NCBI RefSeq assembly: GCF_006345805.1
Contig: NC_043005.1
Coordinates: forward strand, 58,404,001 to 58,468,000
Direction: 5' to 3'
Source of the DNA: Octopus sinensis
Lineage: Eukaryota
Length of the DNA stretch: 64,000 nucleotides
The notes beneath the pieces are model-generated. The model did no database searches and had not been told where the DNA came from. It saw only the letters and a list, made by a program, of their open reading frames with translations. Positions 52,684-63,996 of the stretch are shown piece by piece; within the stretch, counting starts at the first letter, position 1, and every line of letters begins with the position of its first letter. The position numbers and the translations under genes are program-made.

Positions 52684-53095
52684 GTGACTTCAAAGTTCCA
52701 GCCAGGTAAGCCATCAAGAGACCAGCTGAAACTTCGAAGTCACTGTTAACAACATTCTTGTGCAAGAATTTTAACCTCAAGAGGACATCTCCTCTTGGGG
52801 TTAAAAATGGAGTACACTGCTTGAATTTATATATATGTTGCGAGCAGAAGCAAGCTACTGCCATCTCTAGCAGATGAGGCTTCCAGTACTGAAGAGAGGC
52901 AGATATAGCCAGAAACCAGGCTTGTCTGCTGGTCCCATTGCTAGAAGGTGGTAGGGGTTCACTCCCCTGCTCACAATATCTTGGATGCAGCTGTGCATCC
53001 CTTCGAACTGAACAGTCATGTCGAAGTGGCTATGAACATTACCTGCTAGTACAACTACTGTGTTCATCTCTTAAAGAGATATTAGAACTAGCTTT
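52684..53095 (+). mobile_element. retrozyme-like multi-hairpin non-coding cassette
   Basis: Hairpins at 52684-52743 (19 bp), 52754-52769, 52769-52806 (17 bp), 52951-52970, 52983-53000, plus a type I hammerhead. Confidence 0.55.
52883..52932 (+). ncRNA. type I hammerhead ribozyme (candidate)
   Basis: CCAGTA-CTGAAGA-GA GGC agatata GCC A-GAAA-C caggctt G-TC-TGCTGG; 6-bp stem I (one G.U), full core, GUC cleavage triplet at 52924-52926. Confidence 0.7.
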
Positions 53096-53103
53096 TTGAT
53101 TTT

Positions 53104-53151
<48 letters not shown>

Positions 53152-53507
53152 ATATTCATACATATGTATGTATGAGTGTATGTGTGTACATGCGTGCAAA
53201 TGTGCATAAATATCTACATTCCACATATCTTCTTCACATGTTTCTGTTAAATGGCGATATCATGTTTACATCCCAGTAAACAATATGCCCTGTAGCTCTG
53301 CACATTTGGAGTCTAATGGAGTCAAAAATTCTCTTAATTATAAAACATATAAGAGTTAGTGACAGGAAGGAAATCCAGTGATAAAACATTGCCTCACAGT
53401 TTCTTCATCCACCTATGTGTGCAAAAACAGATGAAGTAAAAGCTGTAAAAATGAATAAGTATATCATATATATATGCATTTATATATATTTATATATTAT
53501 TTATATC

Positions 53508-53538
<31 letters not shown>

Positions 53539-53570
53539 ATATATATATATATAATATATATATATATAAC

Positions 53571-54619
53571 ATAAATAATATATAAATATATGTATATATA
53601 CATACATATATGTACATACCTACATATATATGTATATATACGTGCATATATGGGTACAGGGCATCAAAAAAACGTTGAACACACGGAGAAATGGAAACAT
53701 AGAAACAAAAACATAGAAACGAACTTTTTTTTGAACAACGACAAAACAAAACAGAGAAACAGGACATACAACATAAAGAATATTCCTCTTCTTCAGTTGT
53801 CCCTGTTTCATTTACTCTACGTTATGAAAGCAATGACAAGACGTGACTTCGTTGAAACAGTCCTTCCTGCAAAGCAAATTAAATAAAACTTGGGATGTTT
53901 TGCGGGGAGTGAAAGTGGTAACAAGAAGAGGACAGTGGGAACAAAACAGTAAAAACAAACGGTGCGGGCTGTTAAGCCAAGACAATAGAAAAATTATGAA
54001 TGTGAGGAAGATGAGCTTATGAAGGAGACAGTATAAGCACGTGTGTTCTTTACGAAGGTTGTGGGCAGAGAGACAGATTATCTTTCATCACGTGTCAGCG
54101 ACGAGAGCGTCGAGGAGGAGGAGTGAGAGAGAGGGAAAGGTGAAGAGGAGAAGAGAAGATTAGGGAAGGGTGGGAGAGAAAACCAGAAAGGATGAAGAAC
54201 AAGAAAGGGACAGAGATAGACAGAGAAGAGATAGAAAAGGTAGAAGAGTGCGCATCATAATTATTAAGATATAACTTACTTAGAAAAGGATGCGTGGAAT
54301 TTGATCATATAATAATATAAGTAATATATAAATATATGCATATATACATACATATATGTACATACCTACATATATATCTATATATACATACATATATGGG
54401 TACAGGACATCAAAAAAACGTTGATCACAAGGAGAAATGAAAACATAAAAACAAAAACATAGAAACGAACTTTTATTTGAACAACGAAAAAAACAAACAG
54501 AGAAATGAGACATCCAACATAAAGAATATTCCCCTTCTTCAGTTGTCCCTGTTTCATCTACTCCATGTCTTGAAGGCAAGACAAGATGCGACTTCATTGA
54601 AACATTCCTTCCCGCAAAG

Positions 54620-54622
<3 letters not shown>
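53571..54622. mobile_element. non-coding element with ~306-bp direct terminal repeats
   Basis: 53571-53877 is similar to 54317-54622; purine-rich interior; embedded in (TA)n; related to 56126-57280. Confidence 0.7.
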
Positions 54623-54656
<34 letters not shown>

Positions 54657-54659
<3 letters not shown>

Positions 54660-55037
54660 TATGTGATCAAAAGTATCTGGACATCTGCCTGATAACGAAA
54701 TGCAAGTCTGGACCACCCTCCATCTGGAACACTGGTGGTTGATATGGTGTTGGCCCACCCTTAGCCTTGATGATAGCCTCCTTTCTTGCAGGCATACTTT
54801 CAGTCAAGTGGTGAAAGGCAGCCCATTCTGCGTGGAATGCCAAAATGAGCAAGTGTATCAATGTGGATCTGTGTGATCTAGCATGAAGCCAGTATTCTGA
54901 AACATCCTAGAGATGTTCAATGAGATTTAAATCAGGTCTCTGTGCTGGCCAGTCCATTAGTGGGATGTTGGGATGTTGTTGTCATCAAACTATTCCCCTA
55001 CAATCCCTGCAGTATGGACTGGTCCTTGGTCATGTTG
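54657..55037 (-). mobile_element. Tc1 transposon 3' end
   Basis: TA|CACTATGTGATCAAAAGTATCTGGAC terminus; minus QHDQGPVH...WPAQRPDLNLIEHL*D ... LTESMPARKEAIIKAKGGPTPY. Confidence 0.85.
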
Positions 55038-56087
55038 CTTTATGAGTACAATAAAGGAAACTCTGCAGCCAAAGCGACTGGAAACATGCACTCGGTTTAT
55101 TGGAAACAATGTTTGAATGAGAGAACTTGCAGAAGATGGTTTGCAACATTCAGAAGTGGAGATTTCAGCCTTGAAAATGAAGATTAAACAGGACGTCCAG
55201 TTGAATTTGGTGATAAGGTCCTGGAGGCATTACTTGAAGAAAATCCTGCATTATCAGTTGAAGAATTGGTAATAAAGCTTAGTTCAAACCATACAACTGT
55301 TCATCTTCATCTTCAACAACTTTGAAAATGGGTGCCTCATTAATTGTTTGAAAGCAACAGCAAATCATAAGTTGACATCTGCTCTTCTATTCATTCTCAT
55401 GAACTCATTTCACCCTTTTTGGATAGACTTGTGACAGGTGACGAAAAATGGATCTTCTATTGAAATGTTAAACGTTGTAAACAGTGGCTTGGGAAAAAAA
55501 GAGAAGAAGCTCAACCACAACCAAGAAGGGAACTTCATGGGAAAAAGGTTCTCTCTATCTGGTGGGATTGCAAAGGAATATTTCACTTTGAATTGTTACC
55601 ACCTAATGCAATAATCAATGCTCAAGTCTACAGACAGCAATTAGAGCATTTGAACCTAGCTTTGAAGAAAAAAGACCTGCTTTAGTGAATTGAAAAGGAG
55701 TGATGTTTCATCAAGACAATGCACGACCCCCACACTGCGAAGATAACATCACAGAAGATTGAGGAGCTTGGTTGGGAAAAAATTCCTCATCCACCTTATT
55801 CTCCTGACGTTGCTCCTTCAGACTAGCATTTGTTTTGTAGTTTACAGAATCATTTGGGGGACATAACTTTTGCAAGCCAGGAGGAGGCGAAACTGACATT
55901 TCAGAGTTCTTCGCTTTGAAACCAAAAGAGTTTTACATTGATGGGATTAAAAAGCTTGTAAGTAGATGTAAGGAAGTCATAGATAATCAGGGAACGTACA
56001 TTGATGATTAAATTTCAATTAAATATAACATTTGAACACTTGTTTTTTTTTATTCAAAATTCGGACAGAACTTATGGGATGACCTGA
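55031..56087 (+). mobile_element. mariner (DD34D) element, 5'-truncated, decayed transposase
   Basis: LLYEYNKG...CRRWFATFRSGDFSLE, WVPH*L, LVTGDEKWIFY, FHQDNARPHTA, HPPYSPDVAPSD, stop 56009-56011; end GGGATGACCTGA|TA. Confidence 0.93.
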
Positions 56088-56091
56088 TATA

Positions 56092-56125
<34 letters not shown>

Positions 56126-56127
<2 letters not shown>

Positions 56128-57280
56128 AGTTAATAAAATAGAACATATGCATATATATAAACATATATGTACGTACCTACCTCTACATGTACATATACAC
56201 GCATATATGTGTACAGGACACCAAAAAGACGTCGAACACATAGAGAGACGAAAAACATAGACACAAACCTAGGAACAAGACAAGCAAAAAAAAGAGATAC
56301 AGGACAATAAGCACAACGAAAAATCCCCTTCTTCAGTCGCTAAGGTTTCATCTACTAAACGTTTCGAAGGATAAAAGCGAGACGTATACTTCGAAGAAAA
56401 CTTCCTTCCTGCGAAAAGCAAATCAATTAAAATTCTGAGATCTTTTCGCAGAGGGGTAAAAAAAAGCAAGACGGTAACGACAGTACAAACATATAAACAG
56501 TAAAAAATATGTATATAAACAGTGGAAAAATAAATATATAACAGTGAGAGACAGGACAAGGAGAACAAGATAAGAAGGGCTGTTAACGCCAGACGAAAAA
56601 AGTATTGCAAACGCTGGATTATGGTGGACGACGAGAGAGAAAAAAAGTGTCGACCAGTAGCCTTAGAAGGCGGGCGAGAAAAGACAGGATAGCAGTTACG
56701 ACGGAAGTATCGTCACAGATGGACGACGGGAATGGGGGAGGAGGAGCAAGAGGAAGAGAGAGAAGAAGGGGAATGGTGCGAGGAGACCATGAAGAATGGT
56801 GAAAGGGAGAGAGAGAATGAAGAATGAGAGAGAGAGGAAGAGACAAGTTAAGTGAGGGAAAAAAAGACGAAAAAGGGAATGGGAGAGAAAGAAAGAAAGA
56901 AAGAAAGAAAGATGCAGAGTCGCGTGAGAGTTAATATCAAGGCTAGCTTGATAAACAGAACAATCTTACTTAATAGGGTGCATGCGTTTAGTCGTATAAT
57001 AAGTTAATAAAATAGAACATATGCATATATATAAACATATATGTACGTACCTACCTCTACATGTACATATACACGCATATATGTGTACAGGACACCAAAA
57101 AGACGTCGAACACATAGAGAGACGAAAAACATAGACACAAACCAAGGAACAAGACAAGCAAAAAAAAGAGATACAGGACAATAAGCACAACGAAAAATCC
57201 CCTTCTTCAGTCGCTAAGGTTTCATCTACTAAACGTTTCGAAGGATAAAAGCGAGACGTATACTTCGAAGAAAACTTCCT
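56126..57280. mobile_element. very young non-coding element with 281-bp direct terminal repeats (874-bp period)
   Basis: 56126-56406 vs 57000-57280 differ at one position by eye; CpG-rich; flanked by (TA)n. Confidence 0.8.
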
Positions 57281-58077
57281 ATATATATATATATATAAAA
57301 CAATTACAAAGAATATGTGGACTAGTAAATCTTTAAATTTTTCTTTTTGTTTAACAGTTAGCTATACATCATAATTAGCAAGTTGAAATGCTATGAAATG
57401 AATTTTATAGCCATATCAGATTTCAACATACCCCTTTCACTTCCCTTTGAACCTTAAACGTAGGCTCAGGTGTGGCTGTGTGATAAAAAGCCTGGTTCCT
57501 AACCACATGGTTCTGGGTTCAGTCCCACTGCATGTCACCATGGGTAGGTGGATTCTACCATAGCCTTAGGCCTATGAAAGCCTTGTGAATGAATTTGGGA
57601 GATGGAAACTGAATAAAGCTCATTGTATATGTTTGTATGTATGTATATATGTATGTATGTGTGTGTGTCTCTCTCTTTGTGTTGTGCCCCCCCCCCCCCC
57701 CCCGCATCAATTCGCAATCAGCATTGGTATGCTTATGTCTCCATAACTTAGTGGTTCTACCTCTTTGAGCTTCACCAGTAACAAGCACTCACTGACAACT
57801 GTATGCTTGCACAAAATTCGCTGTTAATGATATAGTGAAACAGTGATTGAAAAATCACTTATGATGCAATTCACCGGCTGACTGAATAGAAATTCATTAT
57901 TTGCAACAAAAGCAGTGATGACAATGGATTTTGTCATAGCATAGGGTCACAGTAAGCTCCATTGTTTGTTCTGGCATGGTTTCTATGGTTGGATGCCTTT
58001 CCTAACACCAGCCACTTTACTGAGTGTACTGGGTGCTTTTTATGTGACACTAGTGCCAGAGCTTGTCTGTTTGTCTG

Positions 58078-58078
<1 letters not shown>

Positions 58079-58152
<74 letters not shown>
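58079..58152. repeat. (ATCT)n microsatellite
   Basis: Direct reading. Confidence 0.97.
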
Positions 58153-58489
58153 GTCTGTCTGTCCATATACATAAAAGTTTGTGCATATTTACAAATACAA
58201 GTATGTATGTGTGTGCGTGTGTTTGTGTGTGTGCATGTGTGTGCCTGTGTGTGTGTACTTGTATATTTTGTATTTTAAAAATTTTATTTGTAAAGTATTT
58301 ATCAGCTTCAGGCTGTATAGGTTAGATATAAAATACTGTTGAGATATGAAATATATGTGAGATATTAAATATAGATTTTTAGACACAAAATATAAGAGAT
58401 GCGAAATATGGGTGCGATATGATATGTGCTAGATAAAAATTTCAAGCAGGCATAGTATATATGTAAGGTATAAAATATAGGTGACACAC

Positions 58490-58710
58490 AAGCTGGCAGA
58501 AACATTAGCATGCTGGGCGAAATGTGTAGCCGTATTTCGTCTGTCGTTACATTGTGAGTTCAAATTCCGCCGAGGTCAACTTTGCCTTTCATCCTTTTGG
58601 GATTGATAAATTAAGTACCAGTTATGCAGTGGGGTCGATGTAATCGACTTAATACCTATGTCTGTCTTTGTTTGTCCCCTCTATGTTTAGCCCCTTGTGG
58701 GTAATAAAAA
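58490..58710 (+). mobile_element. family E SINE
   Basis: Homologous to 13369-13599. Confidence 0.8.
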
Positions 58711-58799
58711 AAAAAATATATATATATGTGTGTGTGTGTATATGTATAAATGTATGTATAGATATGTATGTGTATATGCATGTATATACATATATATGT

Positions 58800-58831
<32 letters not shown>

Positions 58832-58857
58832 TTATCTATCTATCAATCTATCTTTCT

Positions 58858-58890
<33 letters not shown>

Positions 58891-58944
58891 GGTGCAGGAG
58901 TGGATTTGTGGTATGTAGCTTGCTCACCAACCACATAACTAATC

Positions 58945-59235
58945 TGAACATTCTCTGATAACTCACGGATGATGATTCAATGATTTCCCCTCACAGCTAC
59001 ATGCACATCTGTGATGTTTTTCTCAATTCTGCTGGTTGCATGTCTTCCAGAACGTTCGTCAATATCAACATTTTTTTCGGCCATTTCGGAAACATCTGAA
59101 CCACTCTTACACTTGTGTGTGGCTCATACATTCCTCTCCATATACTTACTGCAACTTTTTGTAGGCTTCTGCGCAGATATTTGCCATGACAACTTTCTCT
59201 GTCATGATCGATGCGATGATCACATGCAACACATG
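58945..59235 (-). mobile_element. mariner transposase N-terminal fragment
   Basis: Minus AEAYKKLQ*VYGEECMSHTQV*EWFRCFRNGRKNVDIDERSGRHATSR...IIIRELSE. Confidence 0.75.
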
Positions 59236-59239
59236 TTCC

Positions 59240-60335
59240 TTCCAAGCACTGCTGTAAACAGCAGAAATGAGCTAGAACATTAAAAATTACATGCACACTG
59301 ACATTACACTTCAAGTGGAGCATGTTGGCTTCATTTCTTTCAAACCTTTGCATGTCCTGTGTAGTTACAGCCCATGTTTCGCTGCCATGTAGCATAGCTG
59401 TTTGTACACAGGCATCATATAATTTGCCTTCCATCTTAGACAGAAGCCCTCTGTTGCCAACAAAGGTAATAGATGTCTGAACTTTGCTCATCCTGTTCTT
59501 ATTCTTGCAACTACACTTTCAGAACTTTCTCCATGACTGCTAACTTGGTTATCTATGTAATGGAAGTTATCTACTACTTCCAAGCCAAGAGCAGCTAGTC
59601 TTAAATTCCTCTGTTATGGATAAACAAGAGAGACCCGAGAAGCAATCCTTGGTAAACTCCTATGTCAGTCATTGTGTATGACTCCCTTGTGGACAACCTG
59701 ATTTATTATATGTGTGACTAGGCTATATTCCACTCTGCCACATATTTTAAGAATCTCAGCAGTGATTCCTGAAGGGCCAGGCGCTTTCCCTGCCTTCATA
59801 ACCCTAATTGCTTTATTTACCCAGCTACAGTTGATTCAGATAGCTGGTCTCTCTGTTGGATCCTCATTAGGCAAACTCTCCTTCTCCCATTCATTCTCCA
59901 CATTAACAGTCTTTCATAATGGCATTTCCAAGTCCTTTTCTTTGCAGAATCATTAAATACAAGTAAACCTTCATCCATGCTAACACATTACTCTCTTGTG
60001 ACATCACAATTTTCTCTCATGCACTGTCTTGCAAGCCAAAACACTTCAAGTATCTGGTCCTCGTGTTGCAGAACATGGGCAAACTTCTTCCTTTCTGCTT
60101 CTCTCCTGGCCAAATATACCTGTCTCTTAGCCTGACTTCTGATTACCTGACATAGTTCCCTGCAGCCTCCATTCTTCCAGTACTTCCATACTTGTTTCTT
60201 CACTCTAATGGCCCTGTTTACAACACTGTTCCTTCTTAAGTCTGAATGGGATTTTGCACCAGCCACAAATTTGAGGGATGCGGCACTCATTAAGTTATCC
60301 CATAGGAACCTTCACTTATCAGTTGCCAGTTGTCC
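59240..60335 (-). mobile_element. RTE-clade LINE fragments, decayed
   Basis: VNRAIRVKKQVWKYWKNGG...AKRQVYLARREAERKKF and GKLYDACVQTAMLHGSETWAVTTQDMQRFERNEANML. Confidence 0.85.
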
Positions 60336-60955
60336 CATAGGACCTTCTAGTTGTATATATGTATATAACCATGTGTGTGTGCCTGTGTGTGTATGTATGT
60401 GTGTGTGTGTATATTTGTGTTTGTCACTTGCCACAGCTTCACAACCGGTATTTGATTGTTTACATTTCTGTAACTTAGCTGATTGGCTAAAAAGAATAAA
60501 TACCTGGCTATAAAAAAATGTAAGAAGAACTAAGGCTTAGTTGTTTGACTAAGCACCATTTGAGGTGGTGCCCCAGCATAACCGCTCTCTAACAACTAAA
60601 ACAAGTAAAAGATAAAAGATACAAGATACACACACACACACACACATATTATAGATCATATTAAAATTTCACTTTCCCTTTTTGCATAACACACTTACTA
60701 GTGTATAAGCAGCATATATTTGGATTTAGGATATTACATAATAGTGTCTCATAAAGTTGAAATGATCACAGAAAGCAAATTAATGGTACTTCAGATCATT
60801 CATTAAAATCATTTCAACGAGCACATTAAAAAAATATAAATGTTTTACATATATATATATATATATATATATGTATATCTGTTTTTATTCCTCTACTTCA
60901 CTCTGTGTTTCATATCTTCTCTTTAATAACTATTACTTAAACATTTTCTCGCACC

Positions 60956-61002
60956 GTCTCTGATGAAAGGATATATAAAAATCCCGGAAACAGCAGTAAG
61001 AC
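60956..61002 (+). ncRNA. minimal type I hammerhead ribozyme (copy 1)
   Basis: GTCT-CTGATGA-AA GGAT atataaaa ATCC CG-GAAA-C agca G-TA-AGAC; intact core, GUA site. Confidence 0.7.
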
Positions 61003-61167
61003 CTCTTTATAAATGTTCTGAAAACTATTCACAGTCTTGGATTTTTATCTCATTCTGTTATTTTATGTATATATATATATATATGTATATCTGTTTTTAT
61101 TCCTCTACTTCACTCTGTATTTCATATCTTCTCTTTAATAACTATTACTTAAACATTTTCTCGCACT

Positions 61168-61215
61168 GTCTCTGATGAAAGGATATATAAAATATCCCGG
61201 AAACAGCAGTAAGAC
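61168..61215 (+). ncRNA. minimal type I hammerhead ribozyme (copy 2)
   Basis: GTCT-CTGATGA-AA GGATAT ataaa ATATCC CG-GAAA-C agca G-TA-AGAC; 6-bp stem II. Confidence 0.72.
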
Positions 61216-61276
61216 CTCTTTATAAATGTTCTGAAAACTATTCACAGTCTTGGATTTTTATCTCATTCTGTTATTT

Positions 61277-61311
<35 letters not shown>

Positions 61312-62199
61312 CCTATGCTAGCTTGGAAAATGGATGTTAAACGATGATGATGATGGTGATGATATAGTTAATTAATAATATCAGGGTAGTGAAGATTTTA
61401 GAAATTTTTGCTACCAGTGGCCTAGTGTATAGAACAATTAGTCAATAGACTATATATTATTCATATAAAATATAGTGTACATTTAAACACATTAAGAGGG
61501 TTTCCATCATAGTACTCCCTTATGCTAGAAGGAACAGCTAAAGTCCAAACCACTAGTTAGGGATAAAATCTCAAAGGGAATATAAAATAAAAACATTTAC
61601 CATCTATTTCCTGGACCAGGCGAAGTCTTCATCAACAGGTATGCTAAGATTAAACATATAAGTACGAGGCAAATTCAGCATGTGCCTCTTGCTTATACAT
61701 TATGATTTTTCAAATCCACTGTGCAAGCACAGTTTTTTGTCAGTAGCAAAAGAAATGCCGGCAATTTCTTTGAACAATTTCTCAGAAATCATATATAAAT
61801 CATACTTCTTAGGAATATTAGACCTATGTATAAAAAATCAATTGTAAAATTGTTTATGAGATCATGGAAACATTTTTTACAGAGGACTTGAAATAATTTT
61901 TTCTACTCTAGGCACAAAGCCTGAAATTTTGGGAGGTGTGAGTCAATTAGATGGACTCCAGTACACAACTGGTACTTAATTTATTGACCCTGAAAGGATG
62001 AAAGGCAAAGTTGACATTGTGGAATTTGAGGATTTGAAATATTAATTTTTCTGTGATTACTTCAACTACACACACACACACACACACACACACATGCACA
62101 CATAGAACAAATATATTTTATTCTTTTACTTGTTTCAGTCATTTGACAGTGGCCATGCTGGAGCACTGCTTTAAAAGGTGTTTGTCAAAGAAATAAAAA

Positions 62200-62690
62200 A
62201 AGTCTAAAAAGTCACTGATGGGTTTCAGTTTTTAATAACTTCTTTTAATAACTTTACAAATAAATGCATGAAATTTTGATACAATGCAAAGGATATAATG
62301 AAAAGTAATATGCACAAGTCAAATTTTGCAACACCACTACATGACATGAAAAACGACGTTGCTTAATTGGCAGCCATTTTCGGCTTGCATGCCCATGTTC
62401 TTTCCAAAACTTGCACCATAACACCCTCAACAGTTTTAGACCCTACTTCTGTGATTTCTCTATTGATGTTCTCCTTCAGTTGCACCAGAGTCTCTTGTTT
62501 GTTGATGTAAACCCTCTCTTTCAGGTATCCTCATGAGATAAAATCCAGGCTAGTCAAGTCTGGGGAATGTGAAGGCCAGTTGACATTGCTGTGGCGGGAG
62601 ATTATTCTCTTTCCAAAGCATTGCCATAGCAACTACATTGTTTCTCTTGCAGTATGAACAGTTGCCCCATCTTGCTGGAACCATGTGAGA
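62200..62690 (-). mobile_element. Tc1/mariner-superfamily transposase C-terminal fragment
   Basis: Minus TWFQQDGATVHTARETM...NWPSHSPDLTSLDFIS*GYLKERVYINKQETLVQLKENI. Confidence 0.85.
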
Positions 62691-62829
62691 GGTCTACTTT
62701 GAATGGACTTCACATTCCCCAGACTTGACTACAGTATGTGCGGGAATTTATATTAGGGAGGGGATGTGTGTAGAAAAAAGTCTTTTGGGTGTGTGTCCAC
62801 TGTGTGAGGACATGTGTGTTTATGGGTGC

Positions 62830-63075
62830 ATTGAGAATTTCCCTTAGCTGTGCACCGAATTTAAAAAGAGATTTTAGTAGGTAGGTCTATTCATGAGACA
62901 GATGCAGGATGCTCATGTAGGGGTAGCATGACATGTCCACTGAATGGCCACTGTAACAAGGAGACCATCATATATGAAGCAGAGGTAACAGTGACAGGAC
63001 CAAATAGGCAACCAAACATGTGAAAGTATGCGGGAGCAACTGAAGGCCCCTTCAAAACCCACTTAAAAGATTAAA
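62830..63075 (+). mobile_element. Penelope-like element GIY-YIG endonuclease fragment
   Basis: LRISLSCAPNLK, then after frameshift GCSCRGSMTCPLNGHCNKETIIYEAEVT...*KYAGATEGPFKTHL; CxC-x5-CPL-x3-C followed by IIY...YAG. Confidence 0.75.
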
Positions 63076-63996
63076 AAGATATTCTGTAAGTCTCTTCATG
63101 TAGTCTATTAAGGGATCTTCTCTAGTCTTTCTGTAGAACTGGTATAAGTCTTGGTTCAGCTTGAATGTTCACTGGGATTTTTCTCAATAGTTCTGCAATC
63201 TGCGATAGCTGATTCTGGGTTCTTTCATTGCCATATTGTATGTATAATAATCTTCCACATGCTATGTATTAAACTTAATTTGTGTGCTTGGTTACTGCTA
63301 TGATCTTTTCAAAAAGCTTGTTTCTTTGCATTTACTCAAAGAATATAACCATTTCTGTTACTAATCTTGTATTAATGGCCAAAATTATAGCAAATAGTAT
63401 TCATTATCAAGTTGAATAAATAGTCCTCTGTGCCAATGTGTCTGCATTCGGTGCGATATTCTGTATGTATGGTTAAATTTTAAGGAAACATCAGTGAAAA
63501 TAGCGCTCTTCAGGCAATTAATTTGCACATGAAGTCTCCCTTTTCACTATTCTACCAGAAATTGAATAAGCCCGTGATTGGCTCACTGGAAACCACTAGA
63601 AAAAAAAAAAGAAGCAAAATGAATTATTTACAAGTTAAAAATATTAATAAAAAATATTTTTCAAAAATTGTAATATAAAGAGGAAAAAAAGAATGCGATG
63701 ATTTGACTGGGGGAGCAATCTAACCCATCATTCTCTACCTCTGTCAAATGTATAAATGGTGTTGTGTCTATGTTAAAAATTCATATGTTTATCCTTTCAT
63801 GATTGTGTATTTCTGTTGAAACTTGCAACCTACGTGTTTCAATTGATTTTGAAAATAATAAGGAATTTAAAAGGATTACCTAAAATATCTAATGCTGTAA
63901 GAGTGTTTATTTGTTTGCATTCTTTATATTTCTTGTTTTTGGAAGAAACTACTACAATGCACATTGTGCTATAAATAATAGTGCCGTATATTTCAG

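Larger units (their letters stand above)
60871..61280 (+). mobile_element. head-to-tail dimer of a 212-bp hammerhead-containing unit (retrozyme-like)
   Basis: Unit repeated at 60871 and 61083, each with one hammerhead, separated and flanked by (TA)n. Confidence 0.7.

Noticed and set aside
56320-56406. Permuted (type II) hammerhead in the direct-repeat cassettes: GAAACGTT upstream of CTGAAGA on minus
   Set aside because: The intervening sequence cannot form stem I, and stem II pairing is not kept in the 53571-54622 copies
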